Positions 31,852 to 42,505 of a stretch of DNA of 64,000 bases are shown one piece after another. Source of the DNA: Candidatus Latescibacterota bacterium (lineage in GTDB: Bacteria; Krumholzibacteriota; Krumholzibacteriia; WVZY01). Under the pieces are notes generated by a model, which was given only the letters and a program-made list of their open reading frames with translations, searched no databases and was not told the DNA's origin. Every line of letters begins with the position of its first letter. Position 1 is the stretch's first letter. The translations under genes and the position numbers were made by a program. Where the stretch lies: contig CAWBQK010000010.1 in the NCBI GenBank assembly GCA_963791045.1, positions 47,839-111,838 of the forward strand, read 5' to 3'.

Positions 31852-34078
31852 CCCCCTTCTCCTGCCCGGGGTAGGCGACACGCTTGTGGTAAATACCGGT
31901 GAGAATGGCGATGAACTTATCCTTGGTCTTCGCGACATCGTTGAGCGTCAGCCCACTGTCATCGAGCTGACCCTCCTGCGCCCGTGCATCGACGAGCTTG
32001 ACGACCATGTTGCGAATGCTGGTTGGGGTCGGATCCTTTAGCGAGCGGCACGCCGGTTCGACGGTGTCCGCAAGCATGAGAATCGCCGCTTCCTTGCTCG
32101 CCGGTTTCGGCCCCGGATACCGGAAGTCATCCTTGTTGACACTCGAATGCGAATCGGTGTCGAGGGCTTTCTGGAAGAAATACGCCATCACGGTGGTTCC
32201 GTGGTGCTGCTTTATCGCATCCAACACCAGCTCGGGAAGTTTTTCCTCGCGGGCGAGTTCGACCCCGTCCTTGACGTGCGAAAGCAGAATCGTCCGGCTC
32301 ATCTGCGGCGTGATCTTTTCGTGTTTGTTGAATCCGGACTCCTGGTTTTCCGCGTAGTACTCGGGTTTGAAAATCTTTCCAATGTCGTGATAATACGCCA
32401 TGACACGCGCCTTGAGCGGATCGGCGTCGATGTCCGACGCAATAGAATCAACGAGATTACCAAGCAGCATCGCGTGATGATACGTGCCCGGCGCCTCCAT
32501 GTTGAGACGCTTGAGAACGGGCTTGTTGAGATCGGTCAGTTCAAGAAGCGCGAAACGGGTCGTCACGTTAAAAATAGCTTCAAAAATCGGAAGGAGGAAC
32601 ATCGCGGCCAGGCTGCAGAACAACGCGTTGCCGAACGCCCAGAGAATCGTCATGTAGAAATCGGAAAACTTCAATAGCTGGCCGAGCTGCGTGCCGACGA
32701 TGCCGACCAGGTAAGCCGCCGAGACAGCGATAAAAATCGTATAGAAATGGCTCCGCGATCGCATCTGCATAAGTCCCATCACCGCGGCGGTACCGGCGAG
32801 AAGAGACGAGAAGACCACGTTTGACCCAGTGTTTGTGACAAGGGGGAGCAGCACGCAGGCAAAAACCGTCGTGGCAAGACCCAGCTTGAAATCGAACAGT
32901 GACGTGATCATCACCGACACCAGCGCGACGGGGATGAGATAAGGATTGAGCCCGAGCCTGATGACGGCGGCGGTAAAAACAAGAAACAACATAAAAACGG
33001 TGACCAGCGCGGCCATCTTTGCGAGATCAAAATAGAGCCGGGAACGGAAAGCGAATATGTATCCTCCAACGAGCAGACCGAAAAGAAACAGGCGGATCAC
33101 CTCGCCCACATAGAGACCCACAATAAGAAGCGGCGAGGTTTCGCCCTTGAGTCCGCGTCGCGTGTCTTCGAGCGCGGCGAGCATCTTTTCCTGCTCGTCG
33201 GATACCTTGTCGTGTTTTGAAATTATCCTCTGGTTCTTCGATATCTTTACGGTCTTCTCCACCTCGGCGATGGCGAACTCCCTGCGCGCCTGGGTTTCAC
33301 TCGTGTCGAGAATGAGGTTTGGCCTGAGGTGAACCTTGGCGATTTCGGCAAACGCCTGGGCGCGGTCTCTTTTCTTTTCGAAACGCCGCAGCGACTCCTC
33401 GCGTGTGAGACGATCGATGCCGCCCTGTTCGATAACGTTGTCGACCGACAACCGCCGCTCCTCGGCGCCGTCTATGACGGCAATTTCGGTGTACGCGCGC
33501 GCCCGAAGCGGGCCGGCGTTATCGATCATTCCGCGGGAGAACACCCGTTTCTGGTACTCGAGCGTTTCGGTGCGGATCGAGGCCAGACGGACCGGGTCGA
33601 ACAGCTCGCTCACGAGGCTTGTGGATACGTACGGCACCTGCGCCTCAACCATACGGATACGGGTGTCATCGGTAAGCGTGTCCATTCTCGAAATCGTTCC
33701 GAGGCTGTCGAAGAGCTCGGTGAGATCCTCCGTGAGTCCGGATTCGATAGACCGGTCGCGAACGTAAACCGGCGGGACTTTCAGAAGAGCGCCGGCCTTG
33801 CGAACATCGAGTTCGGCGCCGGACAGGGGCACTTCGAAGTCGAACGGCGCAATGATCGTCCTGTCGGCGATTTCACCCCGTTTGAGCGTGACGTCGCGCG
33901 CGGACTTCGTCGGCGGAAAAAGAGCAACGGTCGCGGCGACAAAAAGGGCGAGCAGACCGATACGCGGGAGAATTCCCCGGTACATCTCCTGTCTGAACCT
34001 CAGACGAAAACGTCTCGAAAACTTCTCGGCACGTCCGTTCCGGGTTCTGCCCCGGCGGCGCCAGTAAAACGGTCTCAT
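31814..34078 (-). CDS. 7TM-HDIG phosphohydrolase (PgpH-like)
   Basis: Extracellular domain plus TM bundle; EAPGTYHH, YYHDIGK, QHHGT, FRYPGPKP, MLADTVE; phoH-HD-ybeY synteny. Confidence 0.88.
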   Translation of the reverse strand: MRPFYWRRRGRTRNGRAEKFSRRFRLRFRQEMYRGILPRIGLLALFVAATVALFPPTKSARDVTLKRGEIADRTIIAPFDFEVPLSGAELDVRKAGALLKVPPVYVRDRSIESGLTEDLTELFDSLGTISRMDTLTDDTRIRMVEAQVPYVSTSLVSELFDPVRLASIRTETLEYQKRVFSRGMIDNAGPLRARAYTEIAVIDGAEERRLSVDNVIEQGGIDRLTREESLRRFEKKRDRAQAFAEIAKVHLRPNLILDTSETQARREFAIAEVEKTVKISKNQRIISKHDKVSDEQEKMLAALEDTRRGLKGETSPLLIVGLYVGEVIRLFLFGLLVGGYIFAFRSRLYFDLAKMAALVTVFMLFLVFTAAVIRLGLNPYLIPVALVSVMITSLFDFKLGLATTVFACVLLPLVTNTGSNVVFSSLLAGTAAVMGLMQMRSRSHFYTIFIAVSAAYLVGIVGTQLGQLLKFSDFYMTILWAFGNALFCSLAAMFLLPIFEAIFNVTTRFALLELTDLNKPVLKRLNMEAPGTYHHAMLLGNLVDSIASDIDADPLKARVMAYYHDIGKIFKPEYYAENQESGFNKHEKITPQMSRTILLSHVKDGVELAREEKLPELVLDAIKQHHGTTVMAYFFQKALDTDSHSSVNKDDFRYPGPKPASKEAAILMLADTVEPACRSLKDPTPTSIRNMVVKLVDARAQEGQLDDSGLTLNDVAKTKDKFIAILTGIYHKRVAYPGQEKGDGKESEALVKPA

Positions 34079-35049
34079 GCGTTTTGGTTCCCCGTGTTAT
34101 CGCCGTTGTTGGCAAAGGCATCAATGATCTTTTGCACCAGCCGATGCCGCACAACATCTTCGGTCGTCATGTAAATAAATTCGATCCCCTCGACGCCGGA
34201 GAGAATCCGTTCGGCTTCGACGAGCCCCGATCGCGTAGGCGGGTCGAGATCGATCTGCGTGACGTCGCCGTTTATGATCGCTTTCGCCCTCTTCCCGAGA
34301 CGGGTCAAAAACATTTTCATTTGCATCCGCGTCGTATTCTGAGCCTCGTCAAGAATGACGTAGGCATTGTTGAGCGTGCGCCCCCTCATGTACGCCAGCG
34401 GGGCGATTTCTATAGTGCCGTTTTCCTGGTACTTCTGGGTCTTGTCCGGGCCGATCATGTCGAACAGCGCGTCGATGACGGGCCGCATGTAGGGATCGAG
34501 CTTCGCCTGAAAGTCGCCCGGCAGAAACCCCAGGCTCTCCCCCGCCTCGACCACCGGTCTGACCAGAAAAATCCGGTCTATCTCTTTGCGCTTGAGCGCC
34601 GCGACGGCGCTCGCCACGGCGAGGTACGTCTTGCCCGTCCCAGCCGGTCCGATCGAGAAAACGATGTCGTGTTTGCGAATCGCCTCCGCGTAGGCCTTCT
34701 GGTTTAAGGTTCGCGGCTTGATCGCCTGCCCGTTCCTCGTGACCACCACGGTGTCGCGATCGAGTTCGTCGTACCGCGAAACCTCCGCCGCGATATCCGC
34801 TTTGAGAAGCCGGCGGAAATCCCGTTCGGAAACCACCCGGCCCTTCTTCGCGATTTCGATCACGTGCCCAAAGAATTCGGTAAGCGACCGGATATCGTCT
34901 TCGCTTCCCCGGAGGATGATCTCGTCACCACGAACAACCACCACTCCCGGAAATCTCTTTTCGAGTATACCCAGATGGCTTTCTCTTTGTCCAAATAGCT
35001 TCAGAGGGTCTACCCCGGAAAAGGAAAGAACCCTCTTCTTGGTTTTCAA
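34075..35049 (-). CDS. phoH: PhoH family ATPase
   Basis: [48 protein letters not shown] start after GGAGGTG. Confidence 0.93.
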   Translation of the reverse strand: MKTKKRVLSFSGVDPLKLFGQRESHLGILEKRFPGVVVVRGDEIILRGSEDDIRSLTEFFGHVIEIAKKGRVVSERDFRRLLKADIAAEVSRYDELDRDTVVVTRNGQAIKPRTLNQKAYAEAIRKHDIVFSIGPAGTGKTYLAVASAVAALKRKEIDRIFLVRPVVEAGESLGFLPGDFQAKLDPYMRPVIDALFDMIGPDKTQKYQENGTIEIAPLAYMRGRTLNNAYVILDEAQNTTRMQMKMFLTRLGKRAKAIINGDVTQIDLDPPTRSGLVEAERILSGVEGIEFIYMTTEDVVRHRLVQKIIDAFANNGDNTGNQNA

Positions 35050-35424
35050 TCCGCGAACACCTCCGATGACGCTGCCACCCGCGAACCCCGGCAAACACGC
35101 CAATTACCCTTTAGAACTAAAGGGATTCCAAAGAATCCCCATAATACAAAACTCCTGGAATAACGCGCAAGGCGCCTCTTCCAAGAGCCGGTTTTTTACT
35201 CTTTTTTTTATTCGACCATGGTCCTCTCCCCTAAGGCCCATACAAATAATAGGCCAAATCGTGACACGGCGCAATCCCCACGCCCAACAACACTCTTAAC
35301 CTGTTTTTTTATAAATAGATAGAGCCCACCTGTGGAATTTCACCCAGACGGTTTTGACGGTCCGGCGCCGGTTGGGAAGACAAAACGGAGAGCAAAACCG
35401 GCAAAATTCCGCCGTTTTGCGCCG

Positions 35425-35976
35425 TCAGTCGGTTGGCCAGTCACGCGGGATGACAAGGACGGTATCCGGGAACACGTAGAACGGATCGTCGACCTTATCC
35501 TGATTTGCCTCAAAGATTTTCCACCACTTCTCGACATCGTTGTAGACCTCGGGGAAGCTGGCGATCAGCGACATGCTCTCGCCGTCCTTGACGGTCCATG
35601 TCGAAGGCAACGCTTTGACCTCCGAGATCAGATCGTTGAGGGTCCGGATTTCCGCTTCGAGCCTGAGTACTTCGCGCTCGACCGGATCGATGGCGAGCCG
35701 GGTCGCGTCGATCGCTTCCCGGGTATCCTTGAGTTCTTGTGTTTTAGCTTCGAACTCCTGTTGCGTTCTCGTGAGTTCAATACCGATCTCTTCACAGTAC
35801 TGATTTTTCTTTTTGTCTGACAATTCGGCGATCTCGTCCTCGCCATAGTATTCCCCGGCGGAAACGTCGACCTCCCTCTTCTTCGTGCCGCTACATCCGC
35901 CCGACACAAACGCCAGCGGCGCCACGAGAGCCGCGACAATCACAAAGGCCAGAAATGTTTTCATAATATTTGTCAT
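35425..35976 (-). CDS. Lipoprotein with coiled coil and C-terminal LysM domain
   Basis: SGGC lipobox-like; heptad region; WTVKDGESMSLIA...WWKIFEAN.DKVDDP..VFP...LVIP. Confidence 0.8.
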   Translation of the reverse strand: MTNIMKTFLAFVIVAALVAPLAFVSGGCSGTKKREVDVSAGEYYGEDEIAELSDKKKNQYCEEIGIELTRTQQEFEAKTQELKDTREAIDATRLAIDPVEREVLRLEAEIRTLNDLISEVKALPSTWTVKDGESMSLIASFPEVYNDVEKWWKIFEANQDKVDDPFYVFPDTVLVIPRDWPTD

Positions 35977-35990
35977 GTGTTGTCCACCCA

Positions 35991-36350
35991 TCAGGAACCC
36001 GCCGTCGTTTCAGTCGTTTCTTCTTCAACCGGCTTTACGGTTACGCCGCTGGCCTTCTTCAGCCGTTCGAGTTCGGCCTGGAGCACGGGAACCTGCGTGC
36101 TCTTGTTGTCGCGCTGCGCTTCCCAGTCGGCAAGCTCGGCTTCCACCGTCGCAAGCCGTTCATTGGCCTTGGCGAGCTGCGCATCGAGGTCCCGGATATC
36201 CGACTTCAATTCCTCAATATCGATGGGCGTGACGGTGCAAACTTTTGGTGCCGCACATCCCAAAATAGCAACGAGGGAGCAGAGCGCCACGAAAAGCACC
36301 ACACGTTGAAAGATATTGTGTCTCACCCGCGTCATCTCCTTTACCATCAA
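35991..36350 (-). CDS. Small coiled-coil lipoprotein
   Basis: Lipobox ILGC; heptads IEELKSDIRDLDAQLAKANERLATVEAEL; start uncertain. Confidence 0.65.
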   Translation of the reverse strand: MMVKEMTRVRHNIFQRVVLFVALCSLVAILGCAAPKVCTVTPIDIEELKSDIRDLDAQLAKANERLATVEAELADWEAQRDNKSTQVPVLQAELERLKKASGVTVKPVEEETTETTAGS

Positions 36351-36463
36351 TTTCGTGGGGTTTGAAATCGTGGGGGAAAAGTCGTTGGTAGGGTAACAAC
36401 CCTATGTGGCGTCTGTCAAGGCGATTCTGGCATCGAGCGCCACCCACCGTCCCACAATTCCAC

Positions 36464-38248
36464 TCACTTCTTTTTCTTCGTCTGAATATGCAGATCGTCC
36501 AGCTGCTCAGGATCGACCGGCGACGGGGCCTCGTCCATAAGGGACGTGGCCTTCTGGGTCTTGGGAAACGCTATTACGTCCCGGATCGAGTCGCACCCGG
36601 CCAGGATCATGATGATCCGGTCGAGCCCCGGCGCGATACCGCCGTGGGGCGGCGCACCGAATTCGAGCGCGTGGAGAAGGAAACCAAACCGCTTGTCGGC
36701 CTCCTCCCGGGATACGCCTCCGACGGCGAGAATCCGCTCCTGGAGCTCCCTGTTGTGAACCCTGATACTCCCCGATGCCAGCTCGACGCCGTTGCAAACG
36801 AGATCGTATAGGTGCGCGCGCACCTTGAGCGGTTCCGTTTCGAGAAGCGGGATATCTTCTTCCCTCGGCATCGAGAAAAAGTGGTGCGACGGCGTCAGCG
36901 CGTTCCGGTCCTCATCCCATTCGAAAAGCGGAAAATCATTGATCCACGCAAACGCAAATTTACGCTCGTCGGGGAGCGACAACATCTTGCCGATCTCGAC
37001 CCGCAGTCTCCCGAGAATCGCCGACGCCTTGCCGTGCTTTCCAACGATGCCCAGGAAGAGTCCGCCGTCTTCGAGGTGTGTTTTTGAAATCAACTCCGCG
37101 GCCCCGTCCCCAAGAATCTTGGCCAGCGGCCCCTTCAAGGCGCCGCCCGCATTCTTGAGATGTATGAGCCCGCCGGCGCCCATCGCCTTTGCCGTTTCTT
37201 CAAATTTTTCGATGGCGCTTTTTTTGATTTCCCCGCCACCGGGAACCACAAAACCCCGCACGGTCTCGCCGCGCGCGATCGCCTCTTCGATAAACCGGAT
37301 CCCCGATCCCTCGAAAACCGAATCGAGCGTTTGGAGTTCGAGGCCAAAGCGCATATCGGGTTTGTCCGACCCAAACCGTTCGATCGCTTCCCGGTACGGG
37401 ATAATCGGGAACGGCGTCTCGAGTTTTATCCCCCGGCCCGCGTCAAATATTTCCGTCATCAGCGATTCGAGAAGAACAAACACATCCTCCTCGCGCACGA
37501 AGCTCATTTCGATATCGATCTGTGTGTGTTCGGGCTGCCGGTCAGCGCGCAGGTCCTCGTCGCGCATGCAGCGGGCAAGCTGAAAATACTTATCGAACCC
37601 GGCGACCATGAGAATTTGTTTGTAGAGCTGTGGACTCTGCGGGAGCGCGTAAAAGCTGCCCGGATGGAGCCGGCTCGGGACGAGGTAGTCCCTCGCGCCC
37701 TCGGGCGTGCAGCGGACCAGCATCGGTGTCTCTATTTCAAGAAATCCACGCCCGGCGAGAAAGTTGCGCACGGCGAGGATCACGCGGTGACGGAGTTCAA
37801 TAATTTCCTGCATTGGCCGCCGCCGCAGGTCGAGGTACCTGTACTTGAGCCTGAGATCCTCGTTGGCCTTCACCTCGTCGACGATCGTAAACGGCGGCAC
37901 CTCCGACGCATTCAGGAGCACGAATTCGTCCACGGCAACCTCGAAGGCGCCCGTTTCCATATCGGTGCGGACCATTTCGTCGGGGCGGCGCTGGACGGTA
38001 CCGCGGCAGGCGATGACGTCCTCCATGTTTAGATTTTTCGAGAAATCATCGAGGTCCCCGCGGTTGGGGTCGACGAGAAGCTGAACAAAACCATAGCGGT
38101 CCCTGAGGTCGATAAAGCGCAGACCGCCGAGGTTGCGGACGCGGCCGACCCAACCCATAAGGCGCACCTCTGTTCCAATATCCTGTTCACCGATCTCGTT
38201 GCACTTGTGCGACCGCGAAAACGGCACAACAAATCTTTGCTCGCTCAT
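36464..38248 (-). CDS. aspS: Aspartate--tRNA ligase
   Basis: FIDLRDRYG, RLKYRYLDLRR, TPEGARDYLVPSR, YALPQSPQ, GAPPHGG, IRDVIAFPK. Confidence 0.98.
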   Translation of the reverse strand: MSEQRFVVPFSRSHKCNEIGEQDIGTEVRLMGWVGRVRNLGGLRFIDLRDRYGFVQLLVDPNRGDLDDFSKNLNMEDVIACRGTVQRRPDEMVRTDMETGAFEVAVDEFVLLNASEVPPFTIVDEVKANEDLRLKYRYLDLRRRPMQEIIELRHRVILAVRNFLAGRGFLEIETPMLVRCTPEGARDYLVPSRLHPGSFYALPQSPQLYKQILMVAGFDKYFQLARCMRDEDLRADRQPEHTQIDIEMSFVREEDVFVLLESLMTEIFDAGRGIKLETPFPIIPYREAIERFGSDKPDMRFGLELQTLDSVFEGSGIRFIEEAIARGETVRGFVVPGGGEIKKSAIEKFEETAKAMGAGGLIHLKNAGGALKGPLAKILGDGAAELISKTHLEDGGLFLGIVGKHGKASAILGRLRVEIGKMLSLPDERKFAFAWINDFPLFEWDEDRNALTPSHHFFSMPREEDIPLLETEPLKVRAHLYDLVCNGVELASGSIRVHNRELQERILAVGGVSREEADKRFGFLLHALEFGAPPHGGIAPGLDRIIMILAGCDSIRDVIAFPKTQKATSLMDEAPSPVDPEQLDDLHIQTKKKK

Positions 38249-39516
38249 TCGTCACTCACTTTGTCATTGTTCGATTGTTCTTCGGCAAACTCGAGGAGGT
38301 TTTCGTCTTCGATCTCGAATTGTTCGCGCTTTTCCATATCCTTCCACTTGACCCGGCCGGGGAAATCGCTCTCAACGATTACCGCAACCCGCGCGCCGTG
38401 TTTTTCGGCGTTCTTGAGTTGTTTCTTCAACACCCTCATCGTCGCATCGACCTCGACCGACCCGAAGGCCCTGAGCACGCGGGCGGTGGTTATCGCACGT
38501 TCCGCCGCCGCCTCGTCAACGCATATTACGTAGAAATCAACATCGCGGCGTGCGTGGGCCAGGGCGGCGCTGTCCTTCGGAAGCACGCTTATGATCCTTT
38601 CGATCCCCGCGCTAAAGCCCACCGCCGGGGTCGGCGGACCGCCGCACTGTTCCACGAGATTGTCGTAACGCCCACCGCCGCACAACGCGTTCTGCGAGCC
38701 AAGCGACCCGTGGAGGATTTCGTATGTCGTTCTCGTATAATAGTCGAGTCCGCGCACAAGCATGGGATCGACGTCGTACACCCGTTCGATCGCGTCGAGG
38801 TGCGACTTCACTTTATCAAAGTGCGCGGCGCACGCAGGACAGAGATGCTCAGATATCGGCGGGAGTTCGCTTTTTATTTCCTCGCATTTTTTGCAGTCGA
38901 ACACGCGCATCGGATTGCGCTCGGCCCGGTCGGTACAGTCGTCGCACAAACGTCCGGCAAGACCTTTGAGCGCGCCGGAGAGGATTTCGGTGTAGGGGCC
39001 CCGGCACTCCGAGCATCCCACCGAGTTGAGCTTGACGATCAGTTCTTCGAACCCGAGCGCCTCGAGCGCCGTCATCACGACATCGATTGTTTCCACATCG
39101 AGGATCGGGTCCATTCCGCCGACGACTTCGAGCCCGACCTGGTGAAACTGGCGGTAACGTCCCGCCTGCGGTCTGTCGTAACGGAACATCGGACCCGTGT
39201 AGCTGAGCCTAGACACGCCGCCGAGCCTGTGCATTCCGTTCTCGAGGTAGGCGCGGATGACGGCGGCGGTGTTTTCCGGACGAAGAGTGAGGCTACGCCC
39301 CCCTCGGTCTTTGAACGTGTACATCTCCTTCGAAACGATATCAGTGGCCTCTCCTACCGAGCGAAGAAAAACATCGGTGAATTCGAAGATCGGCGTGCGA
39401 ACCGGTTCGTAACCAAACCTCTCAAACGTCGCTTCGAAAACAGCTTCAACGTAGCGCCACACATAAATATCGGGAGGCAATATGTCCTGTGTGCCTCTCG
39501 GACGCGAATATTTCAT
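38245..39516 (-). CDS. hisS: Histidine--tRNA ligase
   Basis: PRGTQD, KEMYTFKD, LRPENTA, RPQAGRYRQFHQ, LVRGLDYY, GGGRYD; ATG at 39516. Confidence 0.98.
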   Translation of the reverse strand: MKYSRPRGTQDILPPDIYVWRYVEAVFEATFERFGYEPVRTPIFEFTDVFLRSVGEATDIVSKEMYTFKDRGGRSLTLRPENTAAVIRAYLENGMHRLGGVSRLSYTGPMFRYDRPQAGRYRQFHQVGLEVVGGMDPILDVETIDVVMTALEALGFEELIVKLNSVGCSECRGPYTEILSGALKGLAGRLCDDCTDRAERNPMRVFDCKKCEEIKSELPPISEHLCPACAAHFDKVKSHLDAIERVYDVDPMLVRGLDYYTRTTYEILHGSLGSQNALCGGGRYDNLVEQCGGPPTPAVGFSAGIERIISVLPKDSAALAHARRDVDFYVICVDEAAAERAITTARVLRAFGSVEVDATMRVLKKQLKNAEKHGARVAVIVESDFPGRVKWKDMEKREQFEIEDENLLEFAEEQSNNDKVSDE

Positions 39517-39518
39517 TC

Positions 39519-39935
39519 TTATTTCCCTTCTCCCGGGATGCCCCGTGAGGTTTCCAGCCGGGATTTCCGTTTGTCCCCAAGACCGGTAAAAACAAATATG
39601 CCGATTCCGACGGCAACGCCTAGCGCATCGGCGCACCAGTCGTAAACGCTCATCATCCGCCCTGGAATAAAACTCTGATAAATTTCGTCTAGCCCGGCGA
39701 CACTGACGCCGACGGCAAAAAGAAAAACAAACGTCGCGAAACGCGAACGGCTCACCGTCCACCCGATCCCTCTGAAAAGAAGAACCCCGAGCACGCCGTA
39801 CTCGATGAAGTGAGCGATCTTATCCTTGTTAGCGAAGCTGGGTCCCGGAGCCGTCAACGAAGGAATGGATGACAAAGCGAGAATCAGGAGCACGTAGAAA
39901 AGCACCGGCAGCATGCGACGTTGAATTTGGAACAT
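39519..39935 (-). CDS. VanZ family membrane protein
   Basis: DKIAHFIEYGVLG; DEIYQSFIPGR..S..DWCAD..G. Confidence 0.85.
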   Translation of the reverse strand: MFQIQRRMLPVLFYVLLILALSSIPSLTAPGPSFANKDKIAHFIEYGVLGVLLFRGIGWTVSRSRFATFVFLFAVGVSVAGLDEIYQSFIPGRMMSVYDWCADALGVAVGIGIFVFTGLGDKRKSRLETSRGIPGEGK

Positions 39936-40018
39936 GATCCGACACTCTGACCTTCCTATTTCTCGACGGGATTCTCGATGCCGGAATGCCGGCCATAGAG
40001 AGCGGGATTGTCGCGAGA

Positions 40019-40489
40019 CTACCGATCTCCAAACCGCTTAAAAACCCCCAGCACGTCTTCGACCTCTGTCGCACTCCGAAGTTCCTGGCGAAACTCCTCG
40101 TGGTTGAGAAGCCTCGATATCTTGGCAAGAACCTTGATGTGATCCCGCCGGCTGGCTTTTGGCCCAAGTATTATAAAAAACAAATCCACGGAGTCACCAT
40201 CGAGCGCGTCGAAGTCCACACTCTCGCGCGTGCGGAAAAATCCTGCGACGAGTCGCTCGACACCATCGGTGTAGGCATGCGGGATGGCAACCCCGTTGCC
40301 AATGCCCGTACTCATTACATTTTCACGTTCGATGACATCGTGGAGGGCGTTATCGAAATCCTTTATCAAATCCTTTGAATCAAGCGATTTGAGAATCTGC
40401 TCGAGCAGAACTTCCTTCCCGGCCGGTTCGATGTCCAGGACGATGCTGTCTTCCTTGAAGAGATCTGAGAGCTTCAACGTTAACCTCAA
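40019..40489 (-). CDS. PTS IIA component (fructose/Ntr type)
   Basis: ERENVMSTGIGNGVAIPHA; VDFDALDG..V.LFF; HIKVLAKISRLL. Confidence 0.9.
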   Translation of the reverse strand: MRLTLKLSDLFKEDSIVLDIEPAGKEVLLEQILKSLDSKDLIKDFDNALHDVIERENVMSTGIGNGVAIPHAYTDGVERLVAGFFRTRESVDFDALDGDSVDLFFIILGPKASRRDHIKVLAKISRLLNHEEFRQELRSATEVEDVLGVFKRFGDR

Positions 40490-40557
40490 TTAGATCGGTC
40501 GGGTGTTTCGGTCGGACACACAATAAAACTACAAAATATTTTTTATGCGGCGAACTG

Positions 40558-41502
40558 TCAAGGTCTTATAGTGCTTTCGGCCCGGATCGCCGCATCAAAC
40601 CGGTCGAATAGCGCCGCCGTACGCTCGATCCTCGAGGGAGTAACAGGTTCGAGCCGGCGAATACCATGGGACCTGAGCAGGTCGACGGTGTCGTCCCTCC
40701 TCGCCGCCAGTTCAGTCTCCTGAAGCAGCGCGGCCACGGCGCCGAGCTTCCGCGTATAGTAACTCGAATCCGAGCCTCGGGCGCCGATCACGATGTCGGG
40801 CAACGCGTCCTCCGAATGGATCACACGGATATCGCTCGCTTCGAGGATACCCCTGTCGATCAGGGCGGCCAGTTCGCTCAGCTTGCACGCCCCCCACGGG
40901 TACTTGCCGTGGAGGACCGAATAGATCACCGGGGTGCCGTCATCCCGGGTCCCCACAAACCGATAATCCTCTTCGCCCAGCCCGGCGCCCAGCCGTTCGA
41001 GGTGGTCCGCCTGCAGCCAGAACCCGTTGACCGATCGGGGATCAGCGAACGCGACGTCTTGCGCCCGCGCACCGGACGGCTCCATCCCTTCACCGGCCGG
41101 CCCCGCGATCAATATCGCCTTGTCGCGTTGCCTGTCTGTGATTCCGATTTCAAAGAGCGGGGTGATTGGAAGAACGTTCGCGTGGCGAAAATATTCGTCC
41201 ATGGGCATCACGAACAGATCGAAGTCGGCGGGCCATTCGCCGGCGCACTCGACCAGGACCGCGGGGCGTCTCGATTCCCTGCTGACAAGCGCCCTCAGCG
41301 GCTCGAACCGGTTTGCCGATTCGCCGGGGTGAAGCCCGGCCGGGACGCAAATCCTGATGATGTCCCTTCGGGACCCCAGGTCGCCGTTGAAGAACGCGCT
41401 CACGGCGATCAGGATGACGGCGATCGTCACAAAAAGGGTCAGCCATCGTCCCATATACGATGAGAGCATGCTGACGTCTATGATCCTGGTTTTGTTTTTC
41501 AT
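40558..41502 (-). CDS. PhnD/phosphonate-type periplasmic-binding-fold protein with N-terminal membrane anchor
   Basis: VAFADPRSVNGFW (similar to AF.DP.STSG); VIYSVLHGK; no ABC genes adjacent. Confidence 0.55.
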   Translation of the reverse strand: MKNKTRIIDVSMLSSYMGRWLTLFVTIAVILIAVSAFFNGDLGSRRDIIRICVPAGLHPGESANRFEPLRALVSRESRRPAVLVECAGEWPADFDLFVMPMDEYFRHANVLPITPLFEIGITDRQRDKAILIAGPAGEGMEPSGARAQDVAFADPRSVNGFWLQADHLERLGAGLGEEDYRFVGTRDDGTPVIYSVLHGKYPWGACKLSELAALIDRGILEASDIRVIHSEDALPDIVIGARGSDSSYYTRKLGAVAALLQETELAARRDDTVDLLRSHGIRRLEPVTPSRIERTAALFDRFDAAIRAESTIRP

Positions 41503-41554
41503 GGCGTGGCGGCCGCGGTCCGTTTCGAGAGCGGCCGCTGCCTTCTGATTACAT

Positions 41555-42505
41555 CTACCGCGGTTCCGTCGCCCGGCTGATAAACACACGCAGGCTGTCG
41601 ATATCGAGCGCGTATTTCTCGACACCATTGGGAACGATTACTTCGGGAGCGAGCATGTATTGCCCGGTCGGTTTACCGCTGAGATCCACCAGCACCGATA
41701 CATCCCGCGACGACAACGTGTCGAGAAGAGCGCTCGGGCCCTCGAGTGTGAGCGACACCGTGTTCGGGAAAACCTCGGTTGTGAAGTCCTCGTGATCGAC
41801 AAGAATCGTCGGCGGAATATGGGCGAGCACGCGGCGTCTTCGTTCGCTCACATAAACGGCAACCAGGACCCTGGAAGGTTCACAGCTAAAAAGGTCCGGG
41901 TTAAAGTCGAGATCGACATCCCGTTCGATCGACTCTCGAATCTTCCCGAGGTCGATCGGTTTGGTAAGAACCTTGTCGAGCGGCTCGACGGCGCTCTGCG
42001 CGCCCCTCACCATCACCCAACCAGGCACCGATTCGGGGACGGAACTCAAAAGCTGTTCTCCGGGTAAATTACCCGCGAGCGAGACGCCGACCCGGACCCG
42101 TTTGGCCACCACGAGTTCGAGAGTCACGTCGATAAGCAGGGGCGCATTGATCCGCACGTTTCGCGGTTCGACACCCGGCGGCAGAAGAACGTCCGACACG
42201 GACAAGCGCTGGCTGAACCTGCCCGGCGCCGCCCGGTTCATGTTCACCGCCACGCGAATCCGCTTGAATCCCATGAGAAGCAGATCCCGGCGCGTACCGG
42301 TTATTTCAAGCTCCGCTTCTTCGGGAACCCTGCCGGTGACCGTCAACGAATCGGGAACATTGACAAACATAAGCGGGACCTGGAACGTTCTCTCGTCTTC
42401 ACGCTGACCGATCGCGTTGAACCAGATCGCCACCGCGACGAGAAGCGCGAGGAGTTTCACGCCGACGTTTCCTATAATTCCGTGTGCGAATTTAGCGCCC
42501 GTCAT
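41555..42505 (-). CDS. YbbR/CdaR-like protein
   Basis: N.GVKLLALLVAVAIW anchor followed by repeated P..V.V.G modules. Confidence 0.75.
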   Translation of the reverse strand: MTGAKFAHGIIGNVGVKLLALLVAVAIWFNAIGQREDERTFQVPLMFVNVPDSLTVTGRVPEEAELEITGTRRDLLLMGFKRIRVAVNMNRAAPGRFSQRLSVSDVLLPPGVEPRNVRINAPLLIDVTLELVVAKRVRVGVSLAGNLPGEQLLSSVPESVPGWVMVRGAQSAVEPLDKVLTKPIDLGKIRESIERDVDLDFNPDLFSCEPSRVLVAVYVSERRRRVLAHIPPTILVDHEDFTTEVFPNTVSLTLEGPSALLDTLSSRDVSVLVDLSGKPTGQYMLAPEVIVPNGVEKYALDIDSLRVFISRATEPR

